From positions 64,001-128,000 of the forward strand of contig OZ241907.1 of the NCBI GenBank assembly GCA_965203515.1: a stretch of DNA of 64,000 nucleotides. Direction: 5' to 3'. Positions 49,917 to 59,342 of this stretch are shown piece by piece. The position numbers and the translations under genes were made by a program. The DNA is from Spirochaetia bacterium (GTDB lineage: Bacteria > Spirochaetota > Spirochaetia > SZUA-6 > Bin103). How positions within the stretch are numbered: position 1 is the first letter of the stretch; each line of letters opens with the position of its first letter. The notes below the pieces were generated by a model that was given only the letters and a program-made list of their open reading frames with translations, ran no database searches and was not told where the DNA came from.

Positions 49917-52607
49917 ATGGCACAGGACAAGAGCAAGTACGTCTACTTCTTCGGGGACGGTTCGGCCGAGGGGCGCGCCGACATGAAGGAGTTGCTCGGC
50001 GGCAAGGGCGCCAATCTGGCCGAGATGACCAGCCTGGGAATCCCGGTCCCGCCGGGGTTCACCCTTTCCACCGAGGTGTGCGCGGCGTTCTACCGGAATC
50101 GGCGCCGCTACCCGGCGGGGCTCAAGCGGGAGGTCGCGCAGCACCTGCAGCGGCTGGAGAAGCTGATGGGCCGCACGCTCGGCGGTTCCCGCGATCCGCT
50201 GCTGGTGAGCGTCCGCTCCGGGGCGGCGCAGTCGATGCCGGGCATGATGGACACGGTGCTCAATCTGGGGCTCAACGACGACGCCGTGCAGGGACTGGCC
50301 GACCAGTCGGGCAATCCCCGCTTCGCCAAGGACGCCTACCGGCGCTTCATCCAGATGTACGGCGACGTCGTCATGGAGGTGCCGCACGGCGCCTTCGAGC
50401 AGGCGCTCGAAGAGGCCAAGCGGAGCCGCGGCGTGACCGAGGACACCGAACTGGACGAGGCCGATCTCGACCGGGTGATCGCCTCCTACCAGGAGATATA
50501 CTCCCGGCACACCGGCGCCGCGTTCCCGCAGAAGCCGCTCGATCAGCTCTGGGGGGCGATCGACGCGGTGTTCGGCTCCTGGAACAACGACCGCGCCATC
50601 CGCTACCGCCAGTTGAACGACATCCGGGGGCTGCTCGGCACCGCCGTCAACGTGCAGTCGATGGTGTTCGGCAACTCCGGCGACGCTTCCGGGACCGGCG
50701 TGTGCTTCACGCGCGATCCGTCGACCGGCGCCAAGGTCTTCTACGGCGAATACCTGCAGAACGCCCAGGGCGAGGACGTGGTGGCCGGCATCCGCACGCC
50801 CGAACCGCTGGCCGCGCTGCGGCGGCGCGACCTCCGGGCTTACCGGCAGTTGGAGCAGGTGCGCGCGCGGCTGGAGCGCCACTACCGCGACATGCAGGAC
50901 ATGGAGTTCACGATCCAGCACGGCGACCTCTACCTGCTGCAGACCCGGTCCGGCAAGCGCACCGGGGCGGCCGCCGTGAAGATCGCCGTCGACATGGTGC
51001 GCGAAGGGCTGATCACCCGCGAGGAGGCGGTGCAGCGGGTCGAGCCGCAGCACGTCGACCAGCTCCTGCACCCCGGCATCGATCCGCAGCGGCGCGCGGC
51101 GCTGGGCGAGCCGATCGCTACCGGGCTCAACGCCTCTCCCGGCGCGGCCACCGGGCGCGCGGTGTTCACCGCGGCCGACGCTGAGGAGTGGACCGCCCGC
51201 GGGGAGCGCACGCTGCTGGTGCGGCGTGAGACCTCTCCGGAGGACATCGGCGGGATGGACGCCGCCCAGGGCATCCTCACCTCGACCGGGGGCATGACCT
51301 CGCACGCCGCGGTGGTGGCGCGCGGCATGGGAACGCCGTGCGTGGCGGGCTGCAAGGAGCTCGCCATCACCGCCAAGACCGCCAGCGTCGGTTCGGTGCG
51401 GATCGGCGAGGGCGACTGGATGACGATCGACGGCTCCACCGGCGAGGTCTTCCTGGGCGAGGCGCCGCTCACCGAGCCGTCGATCTCCGGTCCGCTGGCG
51501 CGCTTCCTGGCCTGGACCGACGCGGTGCGCAAGCGTGTGCAGCGCGCCGGCCAGCCGCGCGGCTTCGGCGTGCGCACCAACGCCGATCTGCCGCGCGATG
51601 CCCGGACCGCCCGCGAGTTCGGCGCCGAAGGCATCGGCCTGTGCCGTACCGAGCACATGTTCTTCGACGAGGGCAAGCTGGCGATCTTCCAGGAGATGAT
51701 CGTGGCGGAGGACGCCGCGGCGCGGCAGCAGGCGCTCAAGCGCCTGCTGCCGCTGCAGCGGGAGGACTTCCGCGGCATCTTTCGCGCCATGTCCGGCTTT
51801 CCGGTGACGGTCCGCCTGCTCGACCCGCCGCTGCATGAATTCGTGCCCCGCACCGGGCCCGACATGGAGCGGCTGTCGCAGACCACCGGCGTGCCGCTCG
51901 GCCGGTTGCAGGAGCGCATACGCAGCCTGCACGAACAGAACCCCATGCTCGGCCACCGCGGCTGCCGGCTTGGCATCACCTACCCGGAGATCTACGACAT
52001 GCAGGTGCAGGCGATCATGGAGGCGGCGTGCGCGGAGGCGGACGACGGCGTCAAGGTACTGCCGGAGATCATGATTCCGCTGGTCGGCACGGAGGAAGAG
52101 CTGCGCCGCCTGCGCCAGAACGCCGAGGCGGTGGCGCAGCGGGTGGTGTCACGCTCCGGCCGGCGCGTGCGCTACCAGATCGGCACCATGATCGAGATTC
52201 CACGCGCGGCGCTCACCGCGGAGCGGGTCGCCCGGCATGCCGACTTCTTTTCGTTCGGGACCAATGACCTCACGCAGCTCACCTTTGGCTACAGCCGCGA
52301 CGACGCGGGGGTGTTCCTGCCGGAGTACGTCGAGTCGGGCGTCCTGGAGCAGGACCCGTTCCAGGTGATGGACGCCGACGGCGTCGGCGCGCTGGTGCGC
52401 ATCGGCGTGGAGCGCGGCCGCAGCGCCAAACCGGAACTCAAGGTAGGCATCTGCGGCGAGCACGGCGGCGATCCGGCCTCGATCGACTTCTGCCTCCGGC
52501 AGGGCATGAACTACGTGTCGTGCTCGCCGTACCGGGTGCCGATCGCCCGCCTGGCGGTCGCGCAGTCCGCGCTGCGCGCCGGGGTGGCCGCTCCCGCGGC
52601 TACCTGA
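49917..52607 (+). CDS. ppdK: Pyruvate, phosphate dikinase
   Basis: LLGGKGANLAEM, SVRSGA..SMPGMMDT, GGMTSHAAVVARG, GIGLCRTEHMF, SFGTNDLTQ, GICGEHGG. Confidence 0.97.
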   Translation: MAQDKSKYVYFFGDGSAEGRADMKELLGGKGANLAEMTSLGIPVPPGFTLSTEVCAAFYRNRRRYPAGLKREVAQHLQRLEKLMGRTLGGSRDPLLVSVRSGAAQSMPGMMDTVLNLGLNDDAVQGLADQSGNPRFAKDAYRRFIQMYGDVVMEVPHGAFEQALEEAKRSRGVTEDTELDEADLDRVIASYQEIYSRHTGAAFPQKPLDQLWGAIDAVFGSWNNDRAIRYRQLNDIRGLLGTAVNVQSMVFGNSGDASGTGVCFTRDPSTGAKVFYGEYLQNAQGEDVVAGIRTPEPLAALRRRDLRAYRQLEQVRARLERHYRDMQDMEFTIQHGDLYLLQTRSGKRTGAAAVKIAVDMVREGLITREEAVQRVEPQHVDQLLHPGIDPQRRAALGEPIATGLNASPGAATGRAVFTAADAEEWTARGERTLLVRRETSPEDIGGMDAAQGILTSTGGMTSHAAVVARGMGTPCVAGCKELAITAKTASVGSVRIGEGDWMTIDGSTGEVFLGEAPLTEPSISGPLARFLAWTDAVRKRVQRAGQPRGFGVRTNADLPRDARTAREFGAEGIGLCRTEHMFFDEGKLAIFQEMIVAEDAAARQQALKRLLPLQREDFRGIFRAMSGFPVTVRLLDPPLHEFVPRTGPDMERLSQTTGVPLGRLQERIRSLHEQNPMLGHRGCRLGITYPEIYDMQVQAIMEAACAEADDGVKVLPEIMIPLVGTEEELRRLRQNAEAVAQRVVSRSGRRVRYQIGTMIEIPRAALTAERVARHADFFSFGTNDLTQLTFGYSRDDAGVFLPEYVESGVLEQDPFQVMDADGVGALVRIGVERGRSAKPELKVGICGEHGGDPASIDFCLRQGMNYVSCSPYRVPIARLAVAQSALRAGVAAPAAT

Positions 52608-52613
52608 AGTCGG

Positions 52614-53477
52614 CTACCTGAAGGTCGTCCCCTTCATCTCGCGCTGGATCTCGTAGATCGAGCCCGACCGGATCGGCGGCGGCTGCGGCAGGCGCACCGG
52701 CGCGGAGGCCATGCGCACCTCGTTGGAAGCCTCGCCGCGTACGAAGGTGGCGCGGTACTGGTCCCAGTCCATCTGCCCTCCGGCGATCCAGATCGGGTAG
52801 GCGTCGCCCGCGCAGTACATCAGCAGGAGCAGGCGGCGCGACGCCTCCGAGGTGTTGTTCAGCGAGCCGTGCAGCGTGCGCACGTGATGGATGGAGATTC
52901 CGCCGGCGGCGATCTCGATCGGTTCCGCGTCGTCGGGGTCGAACGAGAGATCGGTGACCGCGCCGACGAAGGCGCCGTCCTGGTTGTGATCGAGGACCGG
53001 GCCGCGATGCGATCCCGGAATCGCCAGCAGGCAGCCGTTCTCCTGCGTCATGTCGTCGATGGCGACCCCGACCGCCAGCACGTCGTCGTTGGTGTGCGGA
53101 TAGAACGCCCAGTCCTGATGCCAGTGCACGGGGCTGCCGAACTCGCCCGACTTCATGTTGAGCTTGGTGCCGTGCGTGCGCACCGCGTAGGTGCCGAGCA
53201 GTTGGCTTGCCATCTCGACGATCCCGTCGTCGCGCAGGACCCGGTCGTACGCGTCGTGCACCAGGTGCGGTTCCTTGAGGCGGCGCAGCTTGGGAGCGTC
53301 CGGGGTATGGTCCGGCTCCAGGTCGAAGACGTCGGAATGCTCGGTGACGGTCCGTGACCGCTCGACGAAGTCGTCGGTGACGGCCTGCAGCTCGGCCACC
53401 TGTTCGTCCGGCAGGACCTCTCCCACCGCGATGAAGCCGCGTTCATGGTACTCGTCGATCTGCGCCTGTGTCAGCAT
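52614..53477 (-). CDS. PhyH family dioxygenase
   Basis: WHQDWAFYPHTN, NGCLLAIPGSH, HHVRTLHGS. Confidence 0.9.
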   Translation of the reverse strand: MLTQAQIDEYHERGFIAVGEVLPDEQVAELQAVTDDFVERSRTVTEHSDVFDLEPDHTPDAPKLRRLKEPHLVHDAYDRVLRDDGIVEMASQLLGTYAVRTHGTKLNMKSGEFGSPVHWHQDWAFYPHTNDDVLAVGVAIDDMTQENGCLLAIPGSHRGPVLDHNQDGAFVGAVTDLSFDPDDAEPIEIAAGGISIHHVRTLHGSLNNTSEASRRLLLLMYCAGDAYPIWIAGGQMDWDQYRATFVRGEASNEVRMASAPVRLPQPPPIRSGSIYEIQREMKGTTFR

Positions 53478-53554
53478 GGTCAACTCCTTGCCATCGGGCC
53501 GATGATACCGCAAGCGGCGACGAGGTGGCGAATGGCGGCCGTGCGGCGTATGCG

Positions 53555-54271
53555 CTAGCGCTTCGCGTACTGATGGCCGCCCATGATGGCCCGCACCTCC
53601 TCCACGCCGCTCGCCTGCAGCAGGCGGCCGACCCGGTCCTCTTCCTCCTCCAGCAGGAGCTTGGCGTTGGTGACCACCTCTTCCAGACGGGAGGCCGGAA
53701 ACTTCACCGCGCCGTTCTCATCCATGTGGACGATCTCGCCGGGCGCCACGTCCATGCCGGACAGGCGGACCGGTACCTGCAGCGCGTGGAGCGCCTGCGG
53801 GCCGTGACCGGCGCAGACGCCGCGGGTGAGGTACTGGAACCGCATGGGACGGATCTCGTGGATGTCGCGGGAGGGGCCGTTGGAGACCGCGCCGACCGCG
53901 CCGCACGCGCGCAGGGCGGAGGTCATGTTGCCGCCAGCCAGTCCGACCTTGTCGGCCAGCGCCGGCGGGAAGCGCTGCTCGAAGCAGAAGATCGACGGCC
54001 GGCCGAGACGGTCGGTCGCTTCCAGGACGTCCATCAGGGTCAGCGCCGCATAGGCAGGATCGGCGATCCCGTACACGCAGGTCACCGCATACCCGGCGAC
54101 CGGCCCCAACTCCGGGTACCAGCATGACAGCCGGTTGTCGGTGTACCAGTTCGCCTCCCACGGATGGTACAGCTCCAGGCACAAGGGGTTGCCGGGGTAG
54201 GTGGCCACCACGTTGGTCACCGTAGGGGTGTCGATCCTCCTCAGTTCCTCCAGGAGGGCTGCGTCTGACAT
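53555..54271 (-). CDS. RraA/HMG-aldolase family protein
   Basis: DTPTVTN, GYAVT, GGNMT, NGPSRD, PGEIVHMDENG. Confidence 0.85.
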   Translation of the reverse strand: MSDAALLEELRRIDTPTVTNVVATYPGNPLCLELYHPWEANWYTDNRLSCWYPELGPVAGYAVTCVYGIADPAYAALTLMDVLEATDRLGRPSIFCFEQRFPPALADKVGLAGGNMTSALRACGAVGAVSNGPSRDIHEIRPMRFQYLTRGVCAGHGPQALHALQVPVRLSGMDVAPGEIVHMDENGAVKFPASRLEEVVTNAKLLLEEEEDRVGRLLQASGVEEVRAIMGGHQYAKR

Positions 54272-54390
54272 AGGGACTCCTCGCTCACGTCGTTCCCGCT
54301 CCCCGCTCCGGCGATCAGCCGGTATCGAGCCGCGGTACCGAACCGCCTCAGTCTACCCGATCGCCCGGCCAACCGGAACGTGGTGGTCGG

Positions 54391-54411
54391 CGAGCACGGT
54401 CAGGCGGCGTC
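54391..54411. repeat. 21-bp direct repeat, left copy (CGAGCACGGTCAGGCGGCGTC)
   Basis: Identical to 61655-61675. Confidence 0.85.
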
Positions 54412-56404
54412 ATGGGCTGACGACGATGGTCCCGTTCCACCCGACCGCCACGAAGCGCCCGTTGCCCCAGGCAACGTCGCGCAGCGCATCGAAGGTGGCG
54501 CTCTCGGAGGCCGTCTCCCAGCGGTCGCCGTCGGCGCTGTACATGGTGGTGCCGTCAAAGGAGCTCACCGCCACGAAGCGCCGGCCGTTCCAGGCGACCG
54601 CTTCGAAATGCTCAGCCGTCAGAAAGTCGTGGTCAGCCGCCAGCTCCCAGCGGTCGCCGTCCATGCTGTGCACGACCGTGCCGACGCGGTTGCCGCCCCC
54701 GCCCCATCCCACGGCGACGAAGCGTTCACCGTTCCAGGCAACGCCGCGGAAGCCATAGTAGGTTACCCCTTCAGGTTCGTCCGGTTGCGCGATCCGAACC
54801 GGCACCGCGGGCCGGCTGGCCGGCCGCCAGTGATCGCCGTCGTCGCTGTGCACGATCACTCCGCGATTACCGACCGCTACAAAGCGCTCGCCACCCCAGA
54901 CCACGTCGTTCAAAGGCTCCGAAGTGCCGCTGTCGACGACCGTCGGCCAGCGGTCGCCGTAGCGGCGGCGAATGATCGTTCCCCCGTCGCCAACGGCGAC
55001 CAGGTCCTGGCCGTTCCAGGCAACGGCGTTGAGGGTTCCCTCCAAAGGAAGCAGAAGCTCCTGCCAGCGGTCACCATCCGCGCTGGAGGCGATCGTGGCG
55101 CCAACGGCTACGAAACGGTCGCCGGCCCAGACGACGTCGTTAAGGCCGCGCCGGCCGTACCGGTTAGAGCCGTACCGGTTAGCGTCAGAGTCAGAGCCGA
55201 CGCTGGCGTGCTGCCAACGCTGCCCATCGGCGCTATGCAGCACTATCGAGTCCGGCCAGCCTGCGACCGCCACGAACCGCTCGCCGCCCCAGGCGACGCC
55301 GAGGAGTTCGGGCAGGAGAGCGCGGGAATCGCTTGCCTGCTCCCAATGGAGACCGTCGCCGCTGACCAGGATCGCGCCGCCCTGGCCGACGGCTACGAAG
55401 CCGGCGCCGTTCCAGGCGATGCCGTCAAGACGATAGTCCCAGTCATCGGACATCCGCCAACTACCTGCCGACCATACCCAGCCGGCCGTTTCGATGGTCT
55501 CCCCCTCGACCTCCACCGTCGCCGTTTCCCAGCGGTCGCCGTCGCTGCTATGCAGGATACTGTCGCCGACCGCCACGAAGCGTTCGCCGCTCCAAACCAC
55601 GTCGTTCAGCGGCTCCGGGTGCGGGAGATCACTGCGGCTCAGGTCCCAGCGTTCGCCATCGCCGCTGCGCAGGATGATACCGGTGCCAACCGCCACGAAG
55701 CGCTCGCCATTATAGACGACGTCGTAGAGCGTCGAGGTGCCGCCGTCTCGTGCCGTCTGCCAGTGTTCGCCGTCAGCGCTGTACAGGATTACGCCATCGC
55801 TCCCGACCGCTACGAAGCGGCCGCCTCCCCACGCAATGCCGTACAGGCTGGCGCGCGTAGCCCGCTGTAGTACCGGCTGCCAACGCCGGCCGTCGCGGCT
55901 CTGCACGATGGCGCCGTCGAAACCTACCGCGACGAAGCGATCGTCGCCCCAGGCAACGCCGTTCAAGAGGACATATCGGGGGGTGCGTGAACTCTCCCAG
56001 CTATCGCCGTCGTTGCTGCTTGCGATCGTAAGGTCACCGAGTGCAACGAAACGCCCGCCTCCCCAAATCACTTCGGTGAACCGCGCGTCGAGGTTGCAAC
56101 GTGCCGCTGACCAGTTGCTTCCGTCGCTGCTGCGCAGGATCGTGCCTTCTTCTCCGACCGCGACAAAGAGCTCGCCGCTCGCAGCGACGCTCTCCAGGCT
56201 CAGTCCGGTCTTTCCGCCGGGGGAGGTCAAGCCACCGCCGCCGTGTACCAACCGCCATACATCTCCTGCGGCATCGTCGGGCGGCAGCTCCGCGCGCTGC
56301 GCCAGCGCCGGCGCCCACGGGATGAGCAGCAGCCAGAGCATCCCGACCCCAATCCTTGCCCGACCCGCTGCCCGGCTGGGCGGCGCGTGTGTCATGGACT
56401 TCAT
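54410..56404 (-). CDS. Secreted BNR/Asp-box beta-propeller repeat protein
   Basis: Signal peptide, then >12 repeats of VxWxGxRFVAVG...SxDGxxW. Confidence 0.85.
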   Translation of the reverse strand: MKSMTHAPPSRAAGRARIGVGMLWLLLIPWAPALAQRAELPPDDAAGDVWRLVHGGGGLTSPGGKTGLSLESVAASGELFVAVGEEGTILRSSDGSNWSAARCNLDARFTEVIWGGGRFVALGDLTIASSNDGDSWESSRTPRYVLLNGVAWGDDRFVAVGFDGAIVQSRDGRRWQPVLQRATRASLYGIAWGGGRFVAVGSDGVILYSADGEHWQTARDGGTSTLYDVVYNGERFVAVGTGIILRSGDGERWDLSRSDLPHPEPLNDVVWSGERFVAVGDSILHSSDGDRWETATVEVEGETIETAGWVWSAGSWRMSDDWDYRLDGIAWNGAGFVAVGQGGAILVSGDGLHWEQASDSRALLPELLGVAWGGERFVAVAGWPDSIVLHSADGQRWQHASVGSDSDANRYGSNRYGRRGLNDVVWAGDRFVAVGATIASSADGDRWQELLLPLEGTLNAVAWNGQDLVAVGDGGTIIRRRYGDRWPTVVDSGTSEPLNDVVWGGERFVAVGNRGVIVHSDDGDHWRPASRPAVPVRIAQPDEPEGVTYYGFRGVAWNGERFVAVGWGGGGNRVGTVVHSMDGDRWELAADHDFLTAEHFEAVAWNGRRFVAVSSFDGTTMYSADGDRWETASESATFDALRDVAWGNGRFVAVGWNGTIVVSP

Positions 56405-56606
56405 GGTAGCAGGCGGTCTCAGTACTCGCCACCGTTCCGCGCCGCTTGCGGCGGTCCGCGGCTATCTGAGGTCAGCAGCAGCCCGGTGGTGAGCGCGTCC
56501 CAGGCGCCGGCCGCCTTGTGGGTGAACATCACAGGGTCATCACCCCGTCGGCCTTCAGCACGCGGCGCGTCCCGGCGAAGATCGACGCCATCCATCCGTT
56601 CCTGCG

Positions 56607-56635
56607 TTGACACCGATTCGACCGACGCCGATGCT
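56607..56635 (+). promoter_or_regulatory. Sigma70-type promoter of lipoprotein paralog 1
   Basis: TTGACA-N17-GATGCT; duplicated at 59062-59090. Confidence 0.65.
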
Positions 56636-56647
56636 GAAATGCATGCA

Positions 56648-56670
56648 CCCCCCCCCCCCCCCCCCCCCCC
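56648..56670 (+). repeat. Poly-C tract (C23)
   Basis: Direct count; lies between the promoter and the ATG at 56727. Confidence 0.9.
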
Positions 56671-56726
56671 ATAGACCGAAAGAATCGGGCCGACCTCGGC
56701 AGCTCCCGCCGGCGAAGGTCAAAGGG

Positions 56727-58967
56727 ATGAGCGGCAAGGCCGCGCTCCTGGCGCTGGCGGCGGTCATCGGCATCGCCCTGCTGGCGTGCCAGCAGACGGC
56801 CCGGCCGGCAGCGACCGGCGGCGGCGGTGCCGGCGGAAACGGAGGAGGAGGCGGCACCGGCGGGTCGCCGACCACGCCGGCGCCGACCGCGGCGGCCCCG
56901 ACTCCGGCCACGAAGAGCTGGGCCCTTGGGGAGGATGCCTGGTCGTCGGCGCTGCCGCTGCCAGCCGCAGCGGACCCGAGCGCCTTGACGATCCGCTCCG
57001 AGCCGTTCGCCTGGGACGGGCTCACCGGCGCCGAGGGCGAAACGGTGAGCGTGTCGATCGGCGGCAACGAGCTGCCGTTCACGAGCACGGCGACCGCGCC
57101 GGCCTTCGCCACCGACATCAGCGGCGCGCAGTGGACTATTGACGCCGAAGTGAGCGCGGGCGCGATCGTGCTGGTGCTCACCGCCCCGGATCAGTCGGGC
57201 GCCTCGGACACCGTCGAGTCGGTCACGATTACCGAGCGGGGCAGCGGCTATCTCGCGGCGCCCACTGTGACGTTGTCGGCGCCGCCGGCCGGCGGCACCC
57301 GGGCAATCGCCGCGGTAGCGGGCGGCGGCGGCGGCGGCGTTGGTTCGGTGAACGTCACGACCGCCGGCGCCGGCTACACCTCGCCTCCCACCGTCTCCTT
57401 TTCCGGCGGTGGCGGCAGCGGCGCGGCTGCCACCGCGGATGTCAGCGGCAGCGTCACCTCGGTGACGGTCGATACCCCCGGCAGCGGCTACACGTCGGCG
57501 CCCACCGTCTCCTTCTCGGCGGCGCCGTCCGGCGGCACCGACGCGGCCGGCACCGCGGCGATCAGCGGCAGCGTCGATTCGGTGACGCTCGATACCCGGG
57601 GAGCGGGCTATACGGGGGCGCCCACGGTCTCCTTTTCCGGCGGCGGCGGCAGCGGCGCGGCCGCCACTGCGACGACAAGAGGGAGGGTCACTTCGGTGAC
57701 GGTCGGGAACGCCGGCAGCAGCTACACCTCGCCCCCCACCGTCTCCTTCTCCGGCGGCGGCGGCAGCGGCGCGACCGCCACCGCGGACGTCAGCGGCAAC
57801 GTCGCTTCCGTGACGAGGATCGGCAATCAGTACGGGAGCGGCTACACCTCGGTCCCGACCGCGACCTTCTCGGCGCCGCCGGCCGGCGGCACCAGGGCGA
57901 CCGGCGTCGCGTGGGGACCCGACTCCGTCCAGTCGACGACGGTCACCAACGCGGGGAGCGGCTACACGTCCGCCCCGACCGTCACCTTCTCGGCGGCGCC
58001 GGCCGGCGGCACCACGACAACCGGCACCGGGACGAGGTTATCCGACGGGCGGTTCGACCGCATCCTGTTGGGCGCGGCAACCTGGGCCTCACGGGGACGC
58101 GGCTACACCTCGCCCCCCACGATCACCATTTCGGGCGGCGGCGGCAGCGGCGCGACCGCCACCGCGAACATGTTCCCCAACATTCGAGGAGTCATCATCA
58201 CCAACGCGGGGAGCGGCTACACGTCCGCCCCTACGATCACCTTTACCGGCGGCGGCGGCAGCGGGGCCGGCTACCGCGCGGTGTTGGGCAGCACCATCAC
58301 CGGGGTTGACGTCACCAACGGCGGCAGCGGCTACACCTCGGCGCCCACCGTCTCCCTTACCGGCGGCGGCGGCAGCGGGGCGACCGCCACCGCGAGCGTA
58401 CTCGTCGAGGCAGATGAGGTGACGGTCACCAACCGGGGGAGCGGCTACACCTCGGCCCCCACCGTGACCTTTTCGACGCCGTCGTCCGGCACCGCGGCGA
58501 CCGGCACCGCGGTGATGAACTACGGGGTCGGCTCGGTGACGCCCGGCACCGCGGGCAGCGGCTACACCTCGGCCCCGACCGTCTCCTTTTCGGGCGGCGG
58601 CGGCAGCGGGGCGACCGCCAGCGCGGTGATGGCCTACGCCGTTCCGTCGGCGACGGTCACCAACCCCGGCAGCGGCTACACCTCGGCCCCGACCGTGACC
58701 TTTACGGCGGCGCCGAGCGGCGGCACCACGGCGGTCGGCACCGCGGTCTATGAATACGTCATCCAGTCCGTGGAGGTCACCAACGGGGGGAGCGGCTACG
58801 TGACCGCCCCGACGGTGACCTTTACGGCGGCGCCGAGCGGCGGCACCACCGCGACCGGCACCGCCATCCTGGCGGCGGGCGGCAACGACGCGAGCCAGAA
58901 CCTGTTCTGGGCGCGCCAGACCCTGGCCGGCCAGCAGCTTCGGGTGCAGGTAGGAGGGGAAGAGTGA
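56727..58967 (+). CDS. Surface lipoprotein with 14 GSGYTSAPTV-type beta repeats (paralog 1)
   Basis: Lipobox LLAC, Gly/Pro/Thr linker, 14 G(S/A)GYxxxPT(V/I) units, C-terminal QNLFWARQTLAGQQLRVQVGGEE. Confidence 0.85.
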   Translation: MSGKAALLALAAVIGIALLACQQTARPAATGGGGAGGNGGGGGTGGSPTTPAPTAAAPTPATKSWALGEDAWSSALPLPAAADPSALTIRSEPFAWDGLTGAEGETVSVSIGGNELPFTSTATAPAFATDISGAQWTIDAEVSAGAIVLVLTAPDQSGASDTVESVTITERGSGYLAAPTVTLSAPPAGGTRAIAAVAGGGGGGVGSVNVTTAGAGYTSPPTVSFSGGGGSGAAATADVSGSVTSVTVDTPGSGYTSAPTVSFSAAPSGGTDAAGTAAISGSVDSVTLDTRGAGYTGAPTVSFSGGGGSGAAATATTRGRVTSVTVGNAGSSYTSPPTVSFSGGGGSGATATADVSGNVASVTRIGNQYGSGYTSVPTATFSAPPAGGTRATGVAWGPDSVQSTTVTNAGSGYTSAPTVTFSAAPAGGTTTTGTGTRLSDGRFDRILLGAATWASRGRGYTSPPTITISGGGGSGATATANMFPNIRGVIITNAGSGYTSAPTITFTGGGGSGAGYRAVLGSTITGVDVTNGGSGYTSAPTVSLTGGGGSGATATASVLVEADEVTVTNRGSGYTSAPTVTFSTPSSGTAATGTAVMNYGVGSVTPGTAGSGYTSAPTVSFSGGGGSGATASAVMAYAVPSATVTNPGSGYTSAPTVTFTAAPSGGTTAVGTAVYEYVIQSVEVTNGGSGYVTAPTVTFTAAPSGGTTATGTAILAAGGNDASQNLFWARQTLAGQQLRVQVGGEE

Positions 58968-59061
58968 CCGGAGTCCCCGCCTGCCTGCCGGCGCTGGCGT
59001 GCGACTGTTCCTCCTCGGCGAAGATCGACGCCATCCATCCATCATCCATCCGTTCCTGCCG

Positions 59062-59090
59062 TTGACACCGATTCGACCGATGCCGATACT
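59062..59090 (+). promoter_or_regulatory. Sigma70-type promoter of lipoprotein paralog 2
   Basis: TTGACA-N17-GATACT. Confidence 0.7.
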
Positions 59091-59268
59091 GAGAAGCAAT
59101 GCGTTCCGCTGATGCGCGTTGCTGGAAGCGTGGCAGGGTCCTGCGGAACGTCGAATCCAGCCGTTGCCGCTGATTCGCCATCTTCGCGGGCGTTGGCCGG
59201 GCCGCCTCGGCGGCGTCTGTCTAGTTTCGGAGTAGTTCTTGTGACCTGCTGTAACAACAACAAGCTTA

Positions 59269-59286
59269 CCCCCCCCCCCCCCCCCC
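59269..59286 (+). repeat. Poly-C tract (C18)
   Basis: Direct count; followed by ATAG like the first tract, and ends the same 56 bp before its ATG (59343). Confidence 0.9.
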
Positions 59287-59342
59287 ATAGCCTGAAAGAT
59301 TCGGGCTGGCCGCGGCAGCTCCGGCCGGCGAGGGTGAAGGGG

